Source: Octopus vulgaris
Taxonomy: Eukaryota
Length of the DNA stretch: 64,000 bases
Reading direction: 5' to 3'
NCBI GenBank assembly: GCA_951406725.2
Contig: OX597817.1
Span: 64,480,001-64,544,000 of the forward strand
Part shown: positions 24,490-36,689 of the stretch, piece by piece
Layout of the letters: each line of letters opens with the position of its first letter
How positions within the stretch are numbered: position 1 is the first letter of the stretch
Notes under the pieces: generated by a model
Databases searched by the model: none
Seen by the model: only the letters and a program-made list of their open reading frames with translations
What the model was told of the DNA's origin: nothing
Position numbers and translations under genes: made by a program

Positions 24490-25419
24490 CATCTACACAT
24501 AAAATACAAAATACAAAGTTATATCTTGATATCGCTAGTGATAACAATACTCAAAATATATAACAGACTGGAATTATAGGCCCGTCTCTTGCAATTTCGA
24601 TCAATTGGATCTTGTCCTCCCTCTTGTATAGAAGTGTACGGCTGCAGCGAAATTAATTTTTGGACTTTCTTCTATCGAAGGCATTTTAACGAAAATGCTT
24701 CCGTAAAGACGGTGAAAATATTGTCAATTTCCCCAAACAGGGACACAATTCAATTTTGAAACAATAACCAAAGCCCCTTCTCCGAAAGGGGAGGGTTACA
24801 GTTTACAATTATTTAACAAATGCAACACAACAACGTTTCCCTGACGAGGAACCAACAAACGTGATTACAATAGTCAAACAGTAATAATAATAACAACAAA
24901 CCTTTTTAATTTATCCCCATTTATGTGAAACCACTTATTCAAGTTCAAGTCATTGATGCAATTTTATACGAATTGCTAATACACACACACACATAATAAG
25001 GGTGAAAAATTGAATATTAATTTGATTAATATGAATTGAAAAGCAGTGGTGTAGCAAATAAGACCATAGCGGATCTTCCTCTAGCAAAAAGGATGACCAG
25101 TATTAATGGCTCATCCCTGTTATATAAATACTTTCACTTTAATTGTTGCACACTTGCAAAGAGAAAGGAGGAGAAAGTGTAGTGGTAATGGAAGGAGTGA
25201 AGCACTTGAAATGAGAGAGGCAAATCGTAAAATATTGAGTTTTCTCGAATTTTTGCTTAATTGGGGGTCAAATTGAAAAAACTTTACATGCCATGACCCA
25301 ACGGAATCTACTTGGAAAAATCATAGGTAAATTCCAATTGAAGAAATTCTATATTGTACAATTGTATAAAAAACGAACGATTTGGGAGGCAGAGAAAATC
25401 TGCCTTTTATCATAAGAGA
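23010..25419 (-). mobile_element. Internally deleted Helitron with both termini
   Basis: Minus strand 5' a|TCTCTTATGATAAAAGG at 25419; 3' hairpin cccgagcatcgccggg plus CTAG|t at 23013-23010. Inserted between A and T with no TSD; the empty site can be rebuilt from the opposite inverted repeat. Confidence 0.92.
23086..24303 (-). pseudogene. Helitron Pif1-family helicase fragment
   Basis: Walker A DAPGGTGKT, ASSGIAATLLPGGRTAHS, LIVWDECTM, GDFRQTLPV, ILAPRN, LKLKVGAPIMLIRNL..CNGTRL. The two ORFs are in the same frame, separated by one TGA (23856-23854). No Rep domain or C-terminal helicase motifs. Confidence 0.92.
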
Positions 25420-26145
25420 TAAGTAAATTAAATGAATAAGAATAAATGAGTGAATAATACTATACTCTTACAGCTGTTTCTACTTTGGCTATAGTCTGTA
25501 ATAATGAAAATATTTTCATTCATATTTTTCATCTTTTCTCGTTCAGACAATTATTTTTCAATTAGAACTGTATCTTAGATGTATTCATAACAGAATAACA
25601 TACCCCTAACTGCACATATTATTTATTACCCCTCTTAGTATTTAAGGCCCCTTAGACAATTCATTCCTTGAATATTTTCTTTTTCTTTTATTTGTTTTGT
25701 ATTTTATTGATAGATTTTCAAATATTAGTGGACCAATTAAGTTCTAGGATTAACACTGGCCTCACCCTACTCATCATAGAGGTATTATGGTGAGATTTTT
25801 GTTAATAACAGCACACTTAATTTATACCCGAATTATTTCTTCATTGATATAGTTACATACTGATTTCCCCAACTAAGTTCACATTAAGTAAACGTTGTTA
25901 ATTTTATGGATATTCTATTGCATAGCCTTTAGTTTCTAACTAATGACCCCTGTAATATGGACCACCCCATTAACCACACTCTATAACGTTTTACCCTTGC
26001 TATATCCCCCAGTAAATTGAAATAAGATGTAATATCAAAACCTAAGGATATTACCTTGGAATTTATTTTTTTACCATTCCTTATTATTTTTATTATTTTA
26101 TTAGCTTATTTTACTTCTTCACATGTTTGATTCTTACCATTATGG

Positions 26146-26278
26146 ACTCTCTGATGAAGCTTTGGGGCTCAATTATTGTCCAACCTCTGTCCAATATTTG
26201 TTTAATCTCTGTATAATATTGGTGTGATGTGCCAAATTTGACAGGACGGACCCCCAAAATAGAAACAGCAATAAGAGT
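26146..26278 (+). ncRNA. Type-I hammerhead ribozyme motif (Penelope-like element type), probably degenerate
   Basis: Stem I ACTCT (26146-50) / AGAGT (26274-78); core CTGATGA (26151-57); stem II tttgggg / ccccaaa closing a long insert; GAAA (26262-65); CAGCaa then TA. The inverted copy at 25464-25481 preserves GAAA-CAGCTG-TA-AGAGT with a palindromic stem III. Confidence 0.7.
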
Positions 26279-27947
26279 ATAGTACTATTCACTCATTTAT
26301 TCTAATTCATTTATTTATTTACTTATTTATACATAGGACTGTAATCAATAGATAGATCCAATTGATGTTTGCAGGCTGATATTTAATTATCTTCTCCATT
26401 TTCTTCTTTGCCTTATAAATTCTGGGTAAATTTCTGTTTACCCCCACTTATACTTATTATTCAATTGCACTATTGCCTTGCAACAATAAGCATTTGGATA
26501 AAAACACATAGGTGTACATCCAGTAGTATATTGGATATTTATTATCCCTTTGATGGTTGTTTAACCTCTAACTCATATAGACAGAGGTTGGACAATCGAA
26601 ATCAAATTCGATGACTGGCATCCATGCTAGTAGAACACTAAAAGCACCATTCAAGTGTGATCATTGCCAGAGCAGCTGACTGGCTTCCATGTCAGTGGCA
26701 TGTAAAAAGCACCATCCGAGCGTGATTGTTACCAGCGTCACTTTACTGGCACATGAAAAAATAGTCGACTAGCTCCTGTGCAGGTAGCACATAAAAAACA
26801 CCATTTGAGCATGGCCATTGCCAGTACTGCCTGACTGGCCCTTGTGCCAGTGGCATGTAAAAGCACCCACTACACTCTCAGAGTGGTTGGCATTAGGAAG
26901 GGCATGCAGCTGTAGAAACTCTGCCAGATCAGATTGGAACCTGGTGCAGCCATCTGGTTCACCAGTCCTCAGTCAAATCGTCCAACCCATGCTAGCATGG
27001 AAAACGGACATTAAACAATGATCATGATGATATATATATATATATACACATTTATGTATGAGTGTGTATGTGTATATATATATATATTTATACATATATC
27101 ACAAGTTTATTCAATAAAACAGATAGCTAGGTATAACATTCTTACTTAAACAGAGGTCATGATGAAGAATAAGAATAGCCAAAGCTTCAATATTTAGTTT
27201 AGTAATGCAGGTGGTTACAGGAGATACACTGAGAAATAATCAGCTTTAAATTATCATTTTAGTACATATTTTAGAGATTTAATAAAAACTATCTAATTTT
27301 ACATTCAGCTTTTGGTCTACTGTAGAAATGTGAAATGATTTTTAGCAAACTTTGGTATATGTGAAGTAATTATTGAATATTTTTATTGTTTAAGCTCAGA
27401 TCAATGCTGATATTACAGATCTGTGATCAAAGGTATTACAGCTGTGGCCACTTCTCTTTTTTCTTCAGATGGTGTATTCTAGGACAAGATTTTTTTAATG
27501 AGCTCTTTAATATTCAGTAATTTGAAGATGGTTGTATTTGAAGCAAATCAAGCTACCTCATAGAAACTCTCTTCTTGGTTCAAGGAGATGAATGCATTTT
27601 TTGCAACTGTCTATTTGAAATTTTACTTCCTAAAGCAAACCACACAAATTGAAGCATATACAATTAGATGGACTGAAGTAAAATTAAGTGGTCATATTTA
27701 CGATGAAATATTTGAACAGAAAACCTATGTTTGTAGTTTATCAGCTAACATTTGGAGTGGAGTTATTTTCACAGGCCTGGTTCTTTTCTAGGTACAAGGA
27801 TCTCCCATTCAAAAGGTAATTGATATGTCAATTCAAGCACTTATTTTATTGAAACCATAACTGACATGTAAGTGTTTTCCTCAAGGAAGGCAAGGCACTG
27901 AAAAAGGGTTCTCAACAGGTTCTGGAATACAGAATTAGAGAGCTTAA

Positions 27948-28157
27948 CCCTTTTATTACTATTTTTCTATTAAGATAAAATAACCTATATACTTTCAATA
28001 ATCAAGAATTTCAAAGGATTTAGTAAAATAACTTTTACTTCCATATAAAGCAATAATGTTTAGAACAGAACTTAAATTTATGGTAGGTTTTAATACAAAT
28101 AGGAACAATTTAAAATGGGGAATTGTATATCAAAGATCTAAGTTGGTCTCAAATGGG
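27948..28157. mobile_element. piggyBac-type MITE (family of 44804-45023; another at ~59817-60002)
   Basis: ttaa|CCCTTTTATTAC ... aaatggg|ttga; the body resembles the reverse complement of the 44804 copy. Confidence 0.6.
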
Positions 28158-30029
28158 TTGATAAAACAGTTTAAGGATGCTAACCCTCTCTTTCTATCCT
28201 CTGTGCACAGAGAAGTAACTAAAATATCAAACCATTGCTCTCAAGATGATTTCATTGAGTCCATTTTTTAAAAGAGATGGCAATGTAGTTGGCTGAATCA
28301 GCTGTATTTGTATTGTAGCACTTCCTTGATCAATGTATCTCTCTTTATTTAAGACAGAAGGGTGTAATTTGAGGGTAGTTTTGCTGCTATTTCTAGCAAG
28401 TTCAATGATCACATAAAGGCCCCTTAATTTTCTTTTTGATTTGACATATTTATAGGAACTGGGTAAGATGTGATGTGTATAGCTAAGAGGGTCATGAACT
28501 GAAGATATGTTTGAGAATCACTGCTGCAAAAACTTCATCTACCATTTAAGCCAATTTCCCTGTGCCCTCAATATAAACACACAAGGATATAGGATCCAGC
28601 AAGGAAACCTTTATAGTTCTCATGCAAGACTGATCCTTTTAACTTCTATTTTGGTTTGAGTTGCTATTACTGAAAAAAAAAGCCTACACCTCAGCAATTC
28701 TGTGTGTGTGTGAGAGAGAGAGAGAAAGGGGGGGAGAGAATGAAATAGAGTGTTTGCTGTATGATAACAGCAATTTCACTTAAGTTTTCTTTTGAACTGC
28801 CAAAAGAACCAGAAATTTAAACAAGCCCACATTTTTATTCTTAAGTGGTATGATAAAGTAACTGAAAGAATTACACATCACTGAGTGGGATGGGTAGAGG
28901 GTGAAATGGGGTGTGGTGGTGATAGAGTGAAGTGGGTGGATATAGTGTGAGGTGGGTAGGTATATCATGAAGGGGGAAGGGATCTGGGCAGGGTGAAGTG
29001 GAATGATATGGAGTTCAGTAGAGCAAGATGTGGGGTAAAGTGAGGCAGGAACATTATAGAAGGTAAACACACAGTAGAAGAGAGCAAAAAACAAGAACAG
29101 CAGAATTTTAGGGGTACAAAAAATAGGACCATTACAGAATTATTTCTTTTGTAGTTGTAACAGAAGTGGGGAAAAAAAAGACAGAGAGTGCAATAGAAAA
29201 GGAAAAGAGAAAGAAGTAAGGAAATAATAAGACAACTTCATGACTAATAACTGTTTCTAATTAAAGCATAAGACCAACAATTTTGAGGAGAGAGGGTTAC
29301 ATTGACCTCTGTACTTATTGGTACTTTATTTTATTGACCCTGAAAGGATGAAAAGCAAAGATTTGAACTCCAGATATAAGGAGCCAGAATAAATACAGCA
29401 AAGCACTTTTTCCAATACTAATGATTCTGCTACATTGAATATTTTCTGAATATTCAGTGGCAGAATCCAGCTTAAAAAGTTCCTTGTACAGAAACAATAT
29501 CTGAAATTTCAATAAGACGAGAACTGTCAGTTATATTGACTTTAGGCAATGCATTGTGGTCTTGTGTAAAACCAGTCCTTTCAGCTATAAATAAGTAACA
29601 CTGCAACAGACTGGTATCCCATTCAGAGGGAATGTTGTGATCTCAGTCACTTATACGTCATGGAAACCAGTTTACCAGCCAGACGACTCAAGACAGCAAC
29701 GTCCAAGGGTTTTTTTTTTGTTTCAGTCATTAGACTGTGGCCATGCTGGGGCACCACCTTGAAGAATTTTAGCTGAACAAATCAGCCCCAGTACCTTTTT
29801 TTTTTTTGTAAAGCCTGGTACTTATTCTATTGGTTTCCTTTGCCACACCGCTAGATTAAGGGATGTAAACACACCAACACTGGTTGTCAAGTGCTGGTGG
29901 AGGACAAACACATACACTAAAACATGCACACACACACATAGTCACAAAAGTCTGGTGCAGGCTTCTGTCAAATTGTACAGCCCATGCCGGCATGGAAGGC
30001 AGATGTTAAATGATGATGATGATGGTATG

Positions 30030-30180
30030 ACGGACTTCAATTTCCATCTACCAAATCCACTCACAAGGCTTTGGTCAGCCCAAGGCTATTGTAGAAAACA
30101 CTTGCCCAAGGTGCCACGCAGTGTGACTGAACCTGGAAACATGCAGTTGGGAAGCAAACTTCTTACCACACAGCCAGCTT
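30030..30180 (-). mobile_element. tRNA-derived SINE head (also 31370-31500, 48180-48350, 48768-48925, 50680-50810, 56325-56465, 60500-60645)
   Basis: Recurrent ggctgtgtggtaagaagtttgcttcccaac...ggttcagtc.cactgcgtggcaccttgggcaagtgt.ttctac...gccttgtgagtggatttggtaga. Confidence 0.75.
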
Positions 30181-33100
30181 GCACCATTGATGATGATGGT
30201 GCTTGAATGATACTTTATCAACCCATGAAGATTGAAAGGCAAATTTGACATTGGTAGAATATGAACTTGGAGAGTAGTGAGATGGAATAAATACTACTTA
30301 GCATTCTATTTAACACTAACCACTCAGCCAACTTCCCATCTAAATGCAAATAATAATGATCTTATAATAATTTTGCTTGCTCCTCCATTACTTAGCCCAT
30401 CCATAACACTTCCATGTGATCAGTTGAAGGGGGAGAGGGGGGAGGGGAGAGAGAGGGGCGGTGAGTGAAATGTGTAAATGTTTTTTTTCCTCCCTGTTAC
30501 TTAGCCCACCTGCAATGCTTTCATGTGATTAGTTGAAGGGAAAGATGAAGAGCGAAAGAAAAAGCAGAGAGAAAAAGAGGGTAAGGTGAAGACTGAGGGA
30601 GAGTGCTGTATATTAAGTCTATAAAATTGTGCATAATGTAAATAAAGTGTATATATAAAGTGCATTATGTAATCATCATATTCCAATTTCCTTCTTGCTA
30701 GGAATAATTCTTTCTATCATGGGCACAAGGCCAGCAATTTGTGGAGAGGGGATAGTCAATTACATCAATCCATGTTCAACTGGTACTTATTCCATCAATC
30801 CTGAAAGGATGAAAAGCAAAATTGTTCTCAGCAGAATCTGAACTCAGAATGTAAAGATGGACAAAATGTGGAACTGAAAAATTATGGGTATGTAAACGAA
30901 CCAACACTAACTTTCAAGCAGTAGGGTGGAGCCCACACACACATATATATACTCCTCATCATTATCATCCTTTAACATCCGCCTTCCATACTGGCATGGG
31001 TTGGACAGTTTGACAGGAATCAGTCAGACATGAGCCTGCACCAGACTTGTGTATCTGTTTTGGCAGGGTTTTTACGGCTGGATGCCCTTCCTAAAACCAA
31101 CCAGCCAGCAGGGTGGACTGAGTACTTTTTACATGGCACAAGCACAGGTTAGGTCAGTTTTGGCAAGGGTTTTTACTGCTGGATGCCCTTCCAAATGCCA
31201 TCCACTTTATAGTGTGAACTGGATGCTTTTTATGTCAATATGGACCTACATACATATCAGCTGGACATCAGCCTCATCAATTTCACTTATCTGGAAGAAC
31301 CTTCAAAAGTCATAAGTACTGCTCTACTTTCCCACACACACAAACATACATACATAAATACATTTCTGTCATTTTCCATTTACCAAATCTACTCACAAGG
31401 CTTTGGTCAGACTAGGATTAAAGTAAATTAAAGATGCTGCACAGTGGGACAAACCTAAGATGACATGGTTAGCAAGCAAGCTTCTCAACCACATATGCTT
31501 TACCTTTATAAATATATATAAAGCAAGCCTTTCTCCACTCCATACACCCCTCCCTTAAATTTATGTCCTTGTACCTGTTAGAAACAAATGGCCTGAAAAT
31601 TGGGAGGAAGGGGCTAGTTAATTACATTGACCCAGTATTTGACTGGTACTTTATTTTATCAACCCTGAAAGGCTGTATGGAAGGAAAAGTCAAGTTCAAA
31701 TTCCAATGAGGTTGACTATGCCTTTCGTCCTTTCAGGATCGATAAAATATAGAGTTGATGCAATCGACTAGCCTCCTTTTCCCCAAATTTCAGGCCCTGT
31801 GCCTGTAGTAGAAAGAATTATTATCATTGCTTCTGTTTCAGCAAGTTATATTGCACATAGCTCTTATGATTTAAAAAATTCATTGTATTACACAAACAGA
31901 TTTTCTTTTTGTTTCATGAACTGTCTGGCACCTGTGCGGGTGGCACGTAAAAAGCACCCACTACACTCACGGAGTGGTTGGCGTTAGGAAGGGCATCCAG
32001 CCGTAGAAACACTGCCAGATTTGACTGGGCCTGATGAAGCCTTCTGGCTTCACAGACCCCAGTAGAACCGTCCAACCCATGCTAGCATGGAAAACGGACG
32101 CTAAACGACGATGATGATGATGATGAACTCTTATTTCTGGTATTTTCTTCACGTTTGAGAAAAAAGAACTTTAATTCACATACGAAATTTTTTTTTACAC
32201 CATTTAAGCATTTCAAACATGGTGAGTAAGACAACACTCCCCCTAAAGTACACCAAGGAAAAAGAGGAACATGAGCCATGTAAATGAAATAATACAGACA
32301 TTTTTGTAGATAAAAAAATACATTGGCAAAAATGGAGTTTTTACTGCCAGATAAATTACACATCATAACATACACAAACTTTTTGCCAAAACTATAATGA
32401 ACATTTTTCTTTTGCTTCCATTATCAGCAAAAAAGAAATTTTGAAAATATAATTGTAATAGAATTCTATCACCATGGGACTATTTCCTTACTCAAAGAAC
32501 TTGATCAGGAGAGGGGAAGGGAAAAGTTCACCTACCATTGCTTCATGAAACAAGCTTTTTCTATACCCTCAAAGATCAATTAAGGAAGGTACTGGTTGAC
32601 ATCTGGACCAGCATCTTATACACTGACTAGGCTAAATCTTACAGTAGTGTCTGCTTGATCTCAAGGACCAAAGGTGAAGCACAATACAAAGCAAAGCTAG
32701 AGCATAAGATATCTGCTCAGAAATCTCAGTACCTTGCCTGCATAACATGTGATAGTCAGAGACTCTAGCAGTGACACAGATTCCTGACTCAAAAGCATAA
32801 TATGAGTGTAACAAAAGAATGACATGCAGCTGGAAGCAGTATGCACAGACTTGCCAGTCCTTATGAGACCTCGAGTTCACAAGGTCATTCTAGAGTCATG
32901 CTCCATTGTGAGTCAGACTGGTGAAGCAAAGCAGAAAATATAGTTGTTACACTCATGGTAAAAAAAACCCAAAGAGTTGAAAAGACAAAAAGAAAGGAGG
33001 GTGGCCAACTGCAGCAAGTTCTAGAGGTTGCCCTTCCAACAGTGTTATTGGTTGAAGTGCTGGATACTAACCCACCTTCAGTTTTAGAAGTGGACAATAT

Positions 33101-34469
33101 TGAAGCCCACATCATCTTCCACTAGTACCTCTTGAGAAAATGAGGAGCAAATGAAGGTTGAGTGAACTAACAGACTGTTACAGGAAATAAAACAAAAAAG
33201 AGAAAATACCAAAATCTAGAAAGCTTCCAGAAAAATAGGATAATCTCTAGTACTCATGCAAGTTCATAATCGTCAGAAGCAACTACTATGAACTGCACAA
33301 GTATGAGTCAAGAGGAGGCTCATACTATCAATATATGGATGGAACAGGAATTAGATGAAGACTAGGAGCACTGAGATGATAAGAGTTTTGGCTAAAATCA
33401 CAAGAACTTTATGAAGATATAATGTAGTTTTTGTTCAAAAGATATTAGACGTTGTAAAGAAATGCTTACAGATACTTTTAGTGATCCCAAGAATAATATA
33501 ATGACTGGTTAGAAGAAAAGCCATGCTGTTCTCTCTCTCTGATCTCATCTAACTAGTAGATTCTTACCACTGTGTGGATGGTTAAAGGGGTTTTTTTTAA
33601 TGTTATATCTTGTTTTAGTTTTTGTTTTACATAGTTAATATTTATTCTGTAATGGAGTGAGAGGAACATAACAAATTTTAATAAATGTATAACATCCTTA
33701 TCCTGTTGAATTTATCAGTGGTACATTTTTGCCAATAACGTTTGTTCAATCATTTTCAAGAATTTCGTTAGGAAGGCTTTTTCATGCCAGAATATCAAGA
33801 ACACCTTATAGATGAGGTGTCAAACTAAATATAAAGGTATATTAAATTATAAATAGTAAAACACATGAAACACGAACAACTTCGAACTAACGAGGGAGCC
33901 TCTGCGTGGTCGTTTGATTAGCTAAAAATAGCAGCCAAACTTTCTTCAAACACACCACACCATCTAAGGAATGAATAACACAATGGATGTGGTCCTAGAT
34001 ATACTATGCCTGGAAATATACGAGATGGTCACGGCTGGAACGTATCTAACTATAAGTTTGGTGAATCACAGCTCATTAGGCACTGGACAACACTAAGAAC
34101 AAAGACGGCTTTCGCTATTTACACGTTCGCAAAGTTTCTCAAAGAAACTATAAAGTTACGTTTTGGAATCGATAAATAAATTTGAGATCTCAAGATGTAC
34201 TGTGAGGGAGTTAAGAGAAATAAAGAGAAAAATTGTAGTAAAGTTGGATCCGATTTGAAGCAGAATCAACATATGGGGGAAAAGACCTACGTTAAAAGTA
34301 TTAAATGAAGAATTGGTATCTAAATATTATTGGAAAAATAGCAATTATTTGAATTTTATTTCTTGATATTTTTGTTAAAGTTTGACAACGTAAGAAATAT
34401 ATACATATATTTATATTTCGTTTGTTATTTAGCGGAATATCACACTATCACCACCACATGATATATATA

Positions 34470-34665
34470 TATGATAGATCGCTAGCCACTAAACCTTTTT
34501 TTTTATTTTCTCTCCCTGTTTATTTCTGTGTCCCTTTCTGTCGAAGAGCGTTGGCTCGAAACGTAAAAGATTTTCTCACCTCCCGAGCGTTAAACTAACA
34601 TATCTGTTTGTTTACACACCCGTCTTCGTCTTTTTTTTTTTTTTTTTTTGTAAATTCTCACTATA
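34470..34665 (+). mobile_element. Short Penelope-like terminal-repeat-derived element
   Basis: CpG-retaining ~200-bp block bounded by TA/TG microsatellites, containing a minimal hammerhead-like motif. Confidence 0.55.
34534..34569 (+). ncRNA. Minimal hammerhead-like motif with a variant core
   Basis: CTTT-CTGTCGA-A-GAGC(gttg)GCTC-GAAA-CG-TA-AAAG: stem I, stem II with a tetraloop, palindromic CG, and a GUA cleavage triplet. The core deviates from CUGANGA (A6 is U). Confidence 0.55.
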
Positions 34666-36360
34666 TGTGTGTGTAAGTGGAAATATTTTCTCAACAAAAA
34701 AAATCAGTTACACCCACATAAATTAGTGGAGTAATCTCAATGAATGACAAATAGGCTTTTTTTTTTTGTTTAGGAGTGGTGATGAAATTTGATTAATGTG
34801 TGTGTAAAGCACTCACCGATTTTTTGTTATTGGACAGTGTACCCAATACGTATTAGAGATTTTAAATTTAAAATATACAAATACTTTTTTCTTTCGGTAA
34901 TTAAAAATTATATATATATGGTAAATACATAATTTGATATCGAACGGGTATTTTTAAAGAAAAAAAAAAAATTAAGTCATATACAACTGGATTGAATGTT
35001 TGAAATATGATAGAACCTAAAATTGCTAAAGTATTTTGTATTCAAGTAATACCCAGTTACCCTGTTCTCTATAAAAGCAAATAATCATACTTCACAACTA
35101 AAAAATAAAAAACTTCGTTTGAAATCCTTTTAAACGAAATATATATAATTCCTTAGCTGGGTGAAACAATTGTGCGTGTATACATTTAAGCGTATGATAC
35201 GTGCGAAAAGGGTGTAGATATATTTGACTTGGTCAGTACATTACCGGTACATATTTTATCAACCCTGGAAAGAATCAAGTTATACTCGATCCAAGACGTT
35301 TTGTTACTAAGAAGACCTAGGCAAATTTAATTTCTGTATTATTGTCGTTGTCCCAAATTGGATGCATCTAATTTCACGTTGTAAATACCACTGGGCAAAG
35401 GGATAAATATCTATACTTCGCATTTCTCCGTAAATATTTTCAAGCTCCATAGAAAAGTGCCATTATTGTCGTTGTAAAACGAATTTAAAAAATTAGAGAT
35501 ACGCAAAACAATTTTCGGTTTATAGTCTTTAAATTACAATATCGTTTTTAACTTTCAAACCCAGCTGATGGAGAAAGAAAAAAAAAATAATTTTATTTGC
35601 CACGGAAGGGGGGGGGGGCAGTGAAGGGTATATGGACAATTAGAAAAACGATCGGAGCTTAGGCAGAACCAATTATGAAAATAATAATAGTCGTTTCTTT
35701 ATTTGCCACAGGAACAACATATGAGGGGCATTAAAAAGAGAATATTGGTTTAATACAGAAGTTAAATCGCAACAAGCCATTTGGATAGGGCTACTGTAAT
35801 GGATTAAGGGGTGGAAAGACAGCAGACAATCAGATGTTTAAGGCAATTAACGAAGAGCTCGGATGGCGCAAGTACGACAGAATAGACGTAGTATGCCAAA
35901 AAAAAAACTTAAGAACCTTAAGGACAAGGCGGGGGAAATCTGAGGATGATGGTAACTAACACTGAACAAAGGAAGGAAGAGAAAAAAACTACTATCACCA
36001 ATCATTAGAATAATAAATGACCGCATGGCTTGAAGAGATAAATAACGAAGGAAATGGTTTAACATTATCTATATAAATATTTGTATTTACATATATTGTG
36101 GTGGGGAAAATGAATGAAGAGATTCACAATAATCAGTCGTCTAATTCCTCTAACTCATTCAATCTGTCTATTGATAACACATCAGACAATTAAAATATTC
36201 GGAGAAAGAAAATGGTAAAAACGAACGATAGTTGCAATTGGAAGAAAAATTAATTAGGTAGTTATATATATATATTTAGAATATCGAGCGGACATTAAAT
36301 AATAAGCGCCATATAAAGTTAGAGCAAAGTATAAAAAGAAAATAAGTATTAAAAGCTTAC

Positions 36361-36402
36361 ACTGAAACACTCGAGAGGGTCGCCGGCTGTATGACCTGCC
36401 AT
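36361..36402 (-). CDS. TAX1BP3: TAX1BP3/TIP-1-like PDZ protein, coding exon 1 (MAGHTAGDPLECFS)
   Basis: ATG at 36402-36400 in the context caacATGG; 42 nt, followed by the donor AGT|gtaagc. The peptide resembles the invertebrate TIP-1 N-terminus (H-x-A/P-G-x-x-x-E-C-x-S) and joins exon 2 in phase 0. Confidence 0.85.
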
Positions 36403-36689
36403 GTTGTTTTGGTAAAAAGAACAGGGAGGAGCTTGGAAATTCTTACGTAATAAATTATTACTATGTATTATTTTCACTTTATATCAATACGAATAGTTTT
36501 TGAATTACTTAGAATTAGACAAAAACTTAACAGATGTATTTTTAAATAAATTTTTTGTTTATATAAATAAAGTTTGTAGTCACGTTTACACGATATCAAA
36601 CATGGCGCTTTCTTTGAATTCATCCACATGAGATTTTCAAATTGTTCGTTGATTTTTGTTAAAGCAGCCTATTTCTAAATACTTGAAGC
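36403..36689. promoter_or_regulatory. Bidirectional promoter and 5' UTR region shared by TAX1BP3-like and NDC1-like genes
   Basis: 287 bp between divergent ATGs. YY1-like AAACATGGCG at 36598-36607, and a second YY1-like CCGCCATCTTG near 37177-37187. CpG is locally more frequent across about 33.8-37.4 kb than in the flanking introns. Confidence 0.65.

Larger units (their letters stand above)
22919..26590 (+). mobile_element. Non-coding Penelope-like element with an inverted partial terminal repeat, split by a Helitron
   Basis: 22919-23009 plus 25420-25488 together form the reverse complement of ~26254-26417. The right copy overlaps a hammerhead motif. No RT or GIY-YIG remnant recognised; the right boundary is approximate. 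Confidence 0.7.

Noticed and set aside
24830-24870. CTGACGAG...AAACGTG as another hammerhead inside the Helitron
   Set aside because: No GAAA, no convincing stem II and no closing stem I.
25490-26140. Mitochondrial insertion or GIY-YIG coding remnant
   Set aside because: AT-rich, but I could recognise no mitochondrial gene, rRNA or GIY-YIG motif on either strand.
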